A stretch of 52,427 bases of DNA from a virus (Duplodnaviria > Caudoviricetes), in the IMG/VR virus record IMGVR_UViG_3300043452_000009, positions 1 through 52,427 of that record; one strand, 5' to 3'. Below the pieces are notes generated by a model that worked only from the letters and a program-made list of their open reading frames with translations, searched no databases and had not been told where the DNA came from. Made by a program: the position numbers and the translations under genes. Each line of letters starts with the position of its first letter. The stretch's first letter is position 1. Shown piece by piece: positions 8,119 through 16,181 of this stretch.

Positions 8119-8925
8119 ATGACAAAAATAAGTCAATACGCTGTAGACACTGTCGTAACTGGTTCTGACAAATGGATAGGATCTGATTCTCAGTTCTACA
8201 ACGCTACAAAAAACTTTACGCCTGACAAACTTGCTAAGTACTTTAACGATAATCAGGTTATTGATACCGGGTTAAATGTAAGGTTTCAGTATGTTGTTCT
8301 TGATGTTGGTGAAGAAAGACCTTTTGGTTCTATTACTTTTGAACCTCAACAAGGAAATCAAGTTCCTTTTTCTAGTATAACTACATTTATACTAAGTAAT
8401 AAAAACACAGCAGGAGCACTTGTACCTAATTTCATAGAATTTTTTGAGCAGTCAAAGATTGTTATTTCTAAGACTAGGGATATAAACACATTCGGTTTTT
8501 ATAAGGTAATATCAGTAGATGAGTATATACCTGATACAGAATTTTTTGTAGTAACACTTGAGTTTATTCAGGGTAACGGAGGTTTAACAAAGTCTACTGA
8601 CTACGTGTTTTCATTTGTAGTTGACAGCATAACAGACGGGTCTGAAATAATAGGAGCTACAGTAACCACTGGAGATAAGTATATTATAGATTTAATAAAA
8701 GAAAACGAAGATGTTATACCTATTGAGTTTGCTCAGTCTTACAGGCACATACAATCAACAAACAGTAACGCATGGGTGATCACTCATAACTTAGGATTTA
8801 GACCTTCTGTAACAATAATAGACCTTGATGGAGATGTTGTTAATGGAGATATAGTGTATAATACAAGCAATCAATTAACATTAATATTTGCTCAACCCAT
8901 AAAAGGAGAAGCTTACTTAAACTAA
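8119..8925 (+). CDS. tail fibre proximal/adaptor protein
   Basis: N-terminal MTKISQY...IGSD...TKNF; C-terminal WVITHNLG..PSVT...GEAYLN domain. Confidence 0.6.
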   Translation: MTKISQYAVDTVVTGSDKWIGSDSQFYNATKNFTPDKLAKYFNDNQVIDTGLNVRFQYVVLDVGEERPFGSITFEPQQGNQVPFSSITTFILSNKNTAGALVPNFIEFFEQSKIVISKTRDINTFGFYKVISVDEYIPDTEFFVVTLEFIQGNGGLTKSTDYVFSFVVDSITDGSEIIGATVTTGDKYIIDLIKENEDVIPIEFAQSYRHIQSTNSNAWVITHNLGFRPSVTIIDLDGDVVNGDIVYNTSNQLTLIFAQPIKGEAYLN

Positions 8926-8931
8926 TATAAA

Positions 8932-9909
8932 ATGGCACAAAAGTTTTTAACAGACATTAATATGTCCAACGGGACAAGCATTATAAATCTTGTTGTAGAT
9001 CCAAGGAGTTCAGCTCCATCAACACCAACAGAAGGTCAGGTATACTATAACCTTGTTGATAATATACTTTATTACTACAACGGAACGTCTTGGGAAACAT
9101 TCGGAGACGTAACAGCTGTACTAACACCAAGCGGATCTGCATTATCAGGCGGCGCTTCAGGTGGTGCCGTAACGCTTCAGGTTGTTGTGGACAACTCTAC
9201 AATTGAGATCTCTACTAACTCTATAAGAATTAAAGACTTAGGGGTTACATTTGCTAAGCTAGCTACTGCCGCTTGGACCGACTCAATCACAGGTAACTCT
9301 TCAGTAAAATTAACAACAGAGAACGCTGTTAAGACTTACGTAGATGCTACTGTTGCAGGTTTAGGAAACCTTGAAGGAGGTTTTGCTGCCGGATCAGCTA
9401 CTGAGTTCCCTACAGCTGCTGGAGGTACTAAGAAAGGTGATTACTGGTACGTTACAAGTAACGGTACTGTAAACGGAGCTATATTAAAGGTTGGTGATGT
9501 TTTAATTGCTTCTATTAATAATCCAGACGTAAACACAACAACTGATTGGATAATACTTCAAACTAATGTTGATCAAGCTACAGAGACTGTTGCAGGTATT
9601 GCAGAGTTAGCTACTCAAGCAGAAACAAACGCAGGTACTAACGACACAACTATCGTTACGCCTTTAAAATTAAAAACATTCTTCGATACAGCTGTTGGGG
9701 GTTATGCTGCCAATGTCGGTAATGGGAGTTCGTTATCATTTGCTGTAACGCATAACTTAAATACGCTAGACGTTATTGTTCAAGTTGTAGAGACGTCTAC
9801 AGGAGACACAGTCTATACGGATGTTGCTAGAACAAGTGCGAACGTAGTTACCGTTACTTTTGCTGCGGCTCCAACAACAAATCAATATAGAATTATAATT
9901 AAAAAATAA
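8932..9909 (+). CDS. tail fibre protein
   Basis: PSTPTEGQVYYN..YYNGTSW; ATETVAGIAELATQAETNAGTNDTTIVTPLKL (T4 gp34-like fibre repeat); C-terminal VTHNLN domain. Confidence 0.8.
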   Translation: MAQKFLTDINMSNGTSIINLVVDPRSSAPSTPTEGQVYYNLVDNILYYYNGTSWETFGDVTAVLTPSGSALSGGASGGAVTLQVVVDNSTIEISTNSIRIKDLGVTFAKLATAAWTDSITGNSSVKLTTENAVKTYVDATVAGLGNLEGGFAAGSATEFPTAAGGTKKGDYWYVTSNGTVNGAILKVGDVLIASINNPDVNTTTDWIILQTNVDQATETVAGIAELATQAETNAGTNDTTIVTPLKLKTFFDTAVGGYAANVGNGSSLSFAVTHNLNTLDVIVQVVETSTGDTVYTDVARTSANVVTVTFAAAPTTNQYRIIIKK

Positions 9910-9912
9910 TAT

Positions 9913-11550
9913 ATGTCTGTAAAGTTTTTAAGCGACATAGAAGTAAAAGCGGGCCTGAAGGATTCTTCAGGTGCTCTTGGTGCTTCTGGGCAAATACTAT
10001 CTTCAACTAGTGGCAATGTTAGCTGGGTGACGCCCACATTAAATACGGTTGCTAGAGACGTTCAGAATGAAGTTAAGGCAGGTGTAGCTATAAACAAAGG
10101 GCAGGCTGTATATGTAACAGGAGCTGACGGAACAAATATAATTGTAGGATTGGCATCTAACACATCTGAACCTACCTCATCAAAAACTTTAGGTTTACTT
10201 AATGCAACAGTCGCTATCAATGGTAAGGCTGACGTTGTACAGATAGGTAGATTATCTGGGCTTAATACAATTGGAGCTGTAGTAGGCGATCCAGTATGGT
10301 TAGGTACAAATGGTAATCTTATTTATGGATTAACCAACAAGCCTTATGCTCCAGCGCATTTAGTTTTCATTGGTGTAGTTACTAGAGTTAATGCTAGTAA
10401 TGGTGAGATATTTATAACAGTACAAAACGGATTTGAACTTAATGAAATCCACGATGTTGACTTAAAAACAACAGTGCCTATAAATGGAGATATATTAGGG
10501 TATAATGGTACATTATGGGTTAACAAAACAATTGCGGGTTGGTTAGGATTCACACCTGCTAATGCGAGTGGTACAACAAATTATGTTTCTAAATTTACTG
10601 GGGCAAACTCATTAGGAGACAGTCAAATATTTGATAATGGAACAAATGTAGGTATTGGAATCGCATTACCAGGCGCTAAACTTAATGTAAACGGTGTTGT
10701 GAAAATAGAAGGTAATAACTCGTTATATATGGGAGGTGGCAGCAGCGTCGTTCCAACTTGGGGAATAACTCCTAACGGTAATAACTTAGAAATTTCTGGT
10801 GTAGCTACGAACACAACTGGTAACGTTAATTTTTTAAACTTGGGTAATGTAGGAATTGGCACTACAACACCGGGTGTTAAATTTGTAAATTCAGGAGGAG
10901 GGTTTAGCTCCGGCCCAACTTTAGGATCAGGAGTAGTTGGTTCACAGGCTCTTTTATCTAATAATGGACTTTATGGCTTATATTCAGGTGTTTCCTCTAA
11001 TGGAGACGTTTGGCATCAAGTTCAAAGAAATGATGCTAATTCGGCTGTTTATAATTTAGCATTACAACCAAGTGGTGGTGGTGTTTATATAGGAACTAAT
11101 GCACCAATTTACGGAACAAGTGCAAAATTGCAAATTCTTTTTGACGGATTAAGTGCATTTGGTATAAATTTCAGATCAACAGCGGTTGCTTCTATTCCGA
11201 TTCATTTTACATCAAGTACCGGTATACAGACTGGATATATTTTTCAAGATGCCACAGGTGTGTTTTTAGTAAGCGTTTCAGATTATAGGTTAAAAGAAGA
11301 CTTAAAATCTTTTAATGGTTTGGATTTAATTTCTAAAATAAACGTTTATGACTATAAATGGAAAGATCAAGATAAACGGTCTTTTGGAGTTATGGCTCAC
11401 GAATTACAAAAAGTAGTGCCTCAAGCTGCGTTTGGCGAAAAAGATGGTGAAAGAATGCAGGGAGTTGATTATTCAACATTAGTACCAATACTAATACAAG
11501 CAGTACAAGAATTAAAAGCAGAAATAGAAACATTAAAAAATAAAATATGA
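9913..11550 (+). CDS. tail fibre/spike with C-terminal intramolecular chaperone (peptidase S74)
   Basis: NVGIG repeats; from 11278, SDYRLKE...GVMAHEL...GVDYSTLVPILIQAVQELKAEIETLK. Confidence 0.9.
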   Translation: MSVKFLSDIEVKAGLKDSSGALGASGQILSSTSGNVSWVTPTLNTVARDVQNEVKAGVAINKGQAVYVTGADGTNIIVGLASNTSEPTSSKTLGLLNATVAINGKADVVQIGRLSGLNTIGAVVGDPVWLGTNGNLIYGLTNKPYAPAHLVFIGVVTRVNASNGEIFITVQNGFELNEIHDVDLKTTVPINGDILGYNGTLWVNKTIAGWLGFTPANASGTTNYVSKFTGANSLGDSQIFDNGTNVGIGIALPGAKLNVNGVVKIEGNNSLYMGGGSSVVPTWGITPNGNNLEISGVATNTTGNVNFLNLGNVGIGTTTPGVKFVNSGGGFSSGPTLGSGVVGSQALLSNNGLYGLYSGVSSNGDVWHQVQRNDANSAVYNLALQPSGGGVYIGTNAPIYGTSAKLQILFDGLSAFGINFRSTAVASIPIHFTSSTGIQTGYIFQDATGVFLVSVSDYRLKEDLKSFNGLDLISKINVYDYKWKDQDKRSFGVMAHELQKVVPQAAFGEKDGERMQGVDYSTLVPILIQAVQELKAEIETLKNKI

Positions 11551-11879
11551 CAATTTTTAAATGGGTATTTGGACCAATGGAATGTTACGTTGATAAAGAT
11601 GGACTAGCAGATGTAGTGTATACTGTAAATTGGAGATACAATGCTACGAGAGAAAATGAAGGTAAAGAATACTTTGCTGAAGTGTATGGTGCAACAGGAG
11701 TAGGTTTTCCTGACCGTGCAACATTTGTTCCTTATGATCAAATCACAGAGGAAATGACAATTGGCTGGATGGAAGCTGCTTTAGATGTTCCTGCAATGCA
11801 GAAAAATTTAGACGCTCAAATTGATTTAGAAGTAAATCCAGTTACAGTAATGCTACCTCCGCCTTTCAATAATAAATAA
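11547..11879 (+). CDS. hypothetical protein, possibly fibre-associated
   Basis: W...ME...GLADVVYTVNW...FVPYDQITEE..IGW pattern, often found beside S74 fibres. Confidence 0.6.
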   Translation: MTIFKWVFGPMECYVDKDGLADVVYTVNWRYNATRENEGKEYFAEVYGATGVGFPDRATFVPYDQITEEMTIGWMEAALDVPAMQKNLDAQIDLEVNPVTVMLPPPFNNK

Positions 11880-11886
11880 AAAATCG

Positions 11887-11894
11887 TATATTTG
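11887..11894 (+). promoter_or_regulatory. -7 element TATATTTG
   Basis: TAnnTTTG in an intergenic gap, 16 nt before ATG 11911. Confidence 0.75.
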
Positions 11895-11910
11895 TAAAAA
11901 ATTTAATAAA

Positions 11911-12165
11911 ATGGAAAACAAAATTTCAGAATCGCAGTTACAGAAACTTCAAGAGTTTAATCAATTCATGATTAACGCATCATCAGTTTTAGGAGATCTT
12001 CAGCTTCAGTACGAATCTAAGAAGGCTCAAATAATTAACGACATCGGACAGAACCAACAAACATTTAACGAATTTAAAAAGGAGTTAGAGGATGAGTTTG
12101 GTAATGTTGAAATCAATCTTCAAACCGGAGAGATTACAGAACCGAAAACAGATGGTGGACATTAG
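11911..12165 (+). CDS. small coiled-coil protein
   Basis: Heptad-rich helices ending ELEDEFGNVEINLQTGEI. Confidence 0.7.
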   Translation: MENKISESQLQKLQEFNQFMINASSVLGDLQLQYESKKAQIINDIGQNQQTFNEFKKELEDEFGNVEINLQTGEITEPKTDGGH

Positions 12166-12379
12166 AAAAATATCAGTAGGGGCTGACTATAAGAACAATG
12201 CAATGCATTACCTTATAGGTCAGCCTGTGCTTGACAAGACGTATAACATATGTCACATCAGGCTTGAGCAAGACGACTCTGTTAGTATATACATTGAGAA
12301 AAGCAATGAGCAATACTTATGGAAGAGCTTCAATTCAAACATGCCGATATCAATCGAGTACAACATAAACTTTGAATGA
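12152..12379 (+). CDS. hypothetical protein
   Basis: ORF track 12092..12379; ATG 12152 (MVDIRKISVGADYKNNAMHY) is the more plausible start. Confidence 0.7.
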   Translation: MVDIRKISVGADYKNNAMHYLIGQPVLDKTYNICHIRLEQDDSVSIYIEKSNEQYLWKSFNSNMPISIEYNINFE

Positions 12380-12939
12380 GATCACCATTTTCATTTATTG
12401 TAAAACCTTTAAAAGGAAGGCGATACGATAACATCAAATCCATAGGTGACATAAACTTCATAACAAGCACATCTCAAGAGGACCACATGGCTTCTAATAG
12501 ATTTGCTGAGGTTATTTCCACACCATTAGGATACGATGGAGAGATAAAACCAGGGTATATATTACTTGTTCATCATAACGTGTTCAAGTACTACTACGAC
12601 ATGAGGGGTAGGCAGCAAAGCAGCCACAACCACTTTAAGGACGATATGTTCTTTGTGGAGGACGATCAGTTCTTCATGTTCTTCAACGACAAAGACTGGA
12701 AGTGCTACTCGAAGTACTGCTTCATAGAGCCGGTAGAGCTGAAGGATTACTACTTAGCAAAACCAGGGACAGAGGAACCTTTGTTAGGCAAGATAAGATA
12801 TATAAACGACGAGTTGTTAGATTTAGGATTAAAGGTAGGGGATGAGGTTGCTTTTGAACCAGATAGCGAGTACCCTTTCTATATAAACGACGAGAAGATG
12901 TACAGGATGTTTACTAGCAACATTAAAATTAAGTTATGA
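12376..12939 (+). CDS. tandem (two-domain) GroES-like co-chaperonin
   Basis: Two GroES-like units: FIVKP...AEVISTP...EIKPGYILLV and YCFIEPV...GKIRY...GLKVGDEVAF...INDEKMYRM...I. Confidence 0.65.
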   Translation: MRSPFSFIVKPLKGRRYDNIKSIGDINFITSTSQEDHMASNRFAEVISTPLGYDGEIKPGYILLVHHNVFKYYYDMRGRQQSSHNHFKDDMFFVEDDQFFMFFNDKDWKCYSKYCFIEPVELKDYYLAKPGTEEPLLGKIRYINDELLDLGLKVGDEVAFEPDSEYPFYINDEKMYRMFTSNIKIKL

Positions 12940-13676
12940 CGACAAATGAAGAAAATAACTGTATTGTTTATAGACATGTTAGGTTAGATAAAAACGAAGT
13001 GTTTTATATAGGAATTGCAAAACAAAAAAATAGACCTTATGAATCAGGCAAGAGAAGATCTGTTTTTTGGAATAAAATAGTTAAAAAAAGCGAATACGAA
13101 GTAGAAATAATATTTGATAATTTATCTTGGGAAAAAGCTAAAGAAAAGGAAAAGGAATTTATAAAATTATACGGAAGAAAAAATTTAAATAATGGCACTT
13201 TAGTTAATATGACAGATGGAGGTGATGGAAGCTTGAATCCTTGTTTGTCTACAAGGCTAAAGATAGCAGAAAATTCTAGAAAAAAAGTATGGACTAAAGA
13301 ATCAAGAGAAAAATTATCTAAATCTAAATCAGGAGTAAATCATCATATGTATGGTATTAAAGGAGATAAAAACCCTGCGTACGGTAAAAAACACTCTCAA
13401 GAATCTAAAGAAAAAATGTCTAAAGCTAGATTAGGTTTTGTAACAGATAGAGAAGTTGTAAATAGGATAGCAGATAAATTAAGAGGTAGAAAAAGAGATC
13501 CTCATATAGGAATAGCCGTAGCTGAATTTCATTCAAAAATAGTTTTAGATACTCAAAACGGAATATATTATAAAAACGCAAAAGAAGCAGCTGAGTTTTT
13601 AAATATAAAATATAGCACTTTAAAATGTTGGCTAAACGGAAGTAGAAAAAATACTAGTAATTTAATTTATGTATAA
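12936..13676 (+). CDS. GIY-YIG homing endonuclease with NUMOD3-like repeats
   Basis: VYRH..LDKNEVFYIGIA..R, E.EFIKLYG, LVNMTDGGDG, YGKKHSQESKEKMS, C-terminal HTH; very AT-rich. Confidence 0.85.
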   Translation: MTTNEENNCIVYRHVRLDKNEVFYIGIAKQKNRPYESGKRRSVFWNKIVKKSEYEVEIIFDNLSWEKAKEKEKEFIKLYGRKNLNNGTLVNMTDGGDGSLNPCLSTRLKIAENSRKKVWTKESREKLSKSKSGVNHHMYGIKGDKNPAYGKKHSQESKEKMSKARLGFVTDREVVNRIADKLRGRKRDPHIGIAVAEFHSKIVLDTQNGIYYKNAKEAAEFLNIKYSTLKCWLNGSRKNTSNLIYV

Positions 13677-13957
13677 TGGATAAATCTAAAGAATTAAAGT
13701 ATAAAATAATAGATGCTGGATATAAAGCCGTTGAAGAACTTATAAAAATAGCAGAAGATACAATAATAAGAGGAGAGGACAATGATCTTTCATCTGATAA
13801 ATTAAAAAATGCTGCCTCAACAAAAAGATTAGCAGTGGAAGATGCTTTCACAATACTGTCCAGAATAGAGCAGGAAAAAGAATTGTTAACTGGCGACCAC
13901 AAACCAAGTTCAAAGAATGAAGAAAAAGGCGGATTTGCAGAACGAAGATCAAAGTAA
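13676..13957 (+). CDS. putative terminase small subunit
   Basis: Helical 93-aa ORF directly upstream of, and overlapping, TerL; assigned by position. Confidence 0.55.
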   Translation: MDKSKELKYKIIDAGYKAVEELIKIAEDTIIRGEDNDLSSDKLKNAASTKRLAVEDAFTILSRIEQEKELLTGDHKPSSKNEEKGGFAERRSK

Positions 13958-16181
13958 ATTATACTCCGTAGTAACAGACCATATAGACAAGAACGTTGTT
14001 AAAAATAGAAACAACAAAAAATCTTGGGTATATGGTTACGATGAGAAGTATAACATTGTTATAATATCAAAAGACGGGACGCTAGGGGAAGTGTATAACG
14101 TAAACGGTTTATGCATAGGACTTCCAGCTGTCCCTGATTTAGTTCATAAAAGAGATAAAAAGCAGGACCAACAATACTGGGAGCCTTTTGAATACCCAAA
14201 GGAATTACAAAGAATTAAGAGTATATTCCAGTGGCACACAATGCCTAAGGACTTTAAATCAAACTGGGTCGACTACATAGAGGCCGAGTTTGATAGAAGA
14301 GAGGCCGGATTCTGGTTTATGAACAATGGGGTTCCTACGTACATCACGGGGTCAAACTACATGTACCTTCAGTGGACAAAGATTGACGTAGGTTTACCAG
14401 ATTACCGTGAGGCTAATAGAATATTTTGGATATTCTGGGAGGCTTGCAAGGCAGATCCTAGATGTTTTGGTATGATATACCTAAAAATTAGACGTTCTGG
14501 GTTTTCTTTTATGGGATCCTCAGAGGGTGTAAATACAGGTTCGATTACAAAGAACGCAAGGATAGGTATTCTGTCAAAAACAGGTAGTGATGCCAAGACT
14601 ATGTTTACAGATAAGGTGGTTCCTATTTCAAGCAACTACCCCTTCTTCTTCAAGCCTATTCAGGACGGTATGGACAAACCTAAGACCGAGCTTGCTTATA
14701 GGATGCCTGCGTCTAAGATCACGAAGAAGAATATGTACGACGAGAATCAAGACGACATTGAAGGTCTTGATACCTCTATTGACTGGAAGAATACCGGTGA
14801 CAACTCGTACGATGGGGAGAAGCTGAAGCTTCTTATTCATGATGAGTCAGGTAAATGGACAAAGCCTGATAATATTCTAAATAACTGGCGTGTTACAAAA
14901 ACATGCTTGCGCTTAGGGTCTAAGATTATTGGTAAGTGCATGATGGGCTCAACGTCTAATGCATTAGAAAAAGGAGGAGGTAACTTTAAATCTCTTTACG
15001 AAGACTCTAGTGTTTCTACTAGAAACTCAAACGGACAAACAAGATCTGGGCTTTATAATTTATTTATACCTATGGAGTGGAACTTTGAGGGATATATAGA
15101 TAGATACGGCATGCCTGTTTTTGAAACTCCAGAAAAACCAATTTTAGGTATAGACGGAGCCATGATAAAGATAGGCGCTATAGACTTCTGGAATAATGAG
15201 GTTGACTCGTTAAAAAATCATCCAGACTCATTAAACGAGTTCTATAGACAGTTCCCAAGAACAGAGTCTCACGCGTTTAGGGATGAGAGTAAATCATCTT
15301 TATTCAACCTTACAAAGATTTACCAGCAGATAGACTACAATGACTCGTTAATAAAAGAAAGGGTACTTACTAAAGGTTCTTTCCACTGGATGGACGGTGT
15401 TAAGAACGGCAAAGTTGTTTGGACTCCAGACCCTAGAGGTAGGTTCTTGGTTAGTTGGATACCTCCTAAGCACCTGCAAAACAGGGTAGAAATTCGTAAC
15501 GGGGTTAAATTCCCTGGCAACGAACACCTAGGGGCTTTTGGATGTGACCCTTACGATATATCAGGAACGGTTGACGGAAGAGGGTCTAACGGATCTCTTC
15601 ACGGAATTACTAAGTTTCACATGGAGGAAGCTCCTACAAATCAATTCTTTTTGGAGTATATATCAAGGCCGCAAACAGCTGAGATATTCTTTGACGACGT
15701 TCTTATGGCTTGCATATTTTACGGAATGCCTGTTCTTGTTGAGAACAATAAGCAAAGGCTTCTTTACCACATAAAGAATAACGGATTCAGACAGTATTCA
15801 ATGAACAGACCGGATAAACACTATTCTAAGCTATCTAAGACAGAAAGAGAACTTGGAGGGATGCCTAACTCGTCTGAGGATATAAAACAAGCTCACGCGT
15901 CTTCTATTGAGACATACATAGAAAAACACGTTGGACTAGATCTTGAAGCTACGTATAGAGACCCTGATGAAATGGGTTCAATGTATTTTACTAGAACACT
16001 TGAGGATTGGGCTAAGTTTGATATAAACAATAGAACAAAGTTTGATGCCGCCATTAGCTCAGGTTTAGCGATTATGGCTACACAAAAACACTTGTATACT
16101 CCAGTTAAAAAAGAATCAAAAATAAGTATTAACTTTGCAAGATACAAAAACACAGGTTTTTATAGTGAATTAGAAAAGTAG
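13917..16181 (+). CDS. terL: terminase large subunit
   Basis: LKIRRSGFS (Walker A-like), LLIHDESGKW (Walker B), MMGST motif III, RNase H nuclease GCDPYD...LVENN...FDAAIS. Exact start uncertain. Confidence 0.93.
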   Translation: MKKKADLQNEDQSKLYSVVTDHIDKNVVKNRNNKKSWVYGYDEKYNIVIISKDGTLGEVYNVNGLCIGLPAVPDLVHKRDKKQDQQYWEPFEYPKELQRIKSIFQWHTMPKDFKSNWVDYIEAEFDRREAGFWFMNNGVPTYITGSNYMYLQWTKIDVGLPDYREANRIFWIFWEACKADPRCFGMIYLKIRRSGFSFMGSSEGVNTGSITKNARIGILSKTGSDAKTMFTDKVVPISSNYPFFFKPIQDGMDKPKTELAYRMPASKITKKNMYDENQDDIEGLDTSIDWKNTGDNSYDGEKLKLLIHDESGKWTKPDNILNNWRVTKTCLRLGSKIIGKCMMGSTSNALEKGGGNFKSLYEDSSVSTRNSNGQTRSGLYNLFIPMEWNFEGYIDRYGMPVFETPEKPILGIDGAMIKIGAIDFWNNEVDSLKNHPDSLNEFYRQFPRTESHAFRDESKSSLFNLTKIYQQIDYNDSLIKERVLTKGSFHWMDGVKNGKVVWTPDPRGRFLVSWIPPKHLQNRVEIRNGVKFPGNEHLGAFGCDPYDISGTVDGRGSNGSLHGITKFHMEEAPTNQFFLEYISRPQTAEIFFDDVLMACIFYGMPVLVENNKQRLLYHIKNNGFRQYSMNRPDKHYSKLSKTERELGGMPNSSEDIKQAHASSIETYIEKHVGLDLEATYRDPDEMGSMYFTRTLEDWAKFDINNRTKFDAAISSGLAIMATQKHLYTPVKKESKISINFARYKNTGFYSELEK

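Noticed and set aside
12936-13676. Group I intron around the GIY-YIG gene
   Set aside because: Both neighbours are complete ORFs overlapping its start and stop, leaving no room for intron core structure.
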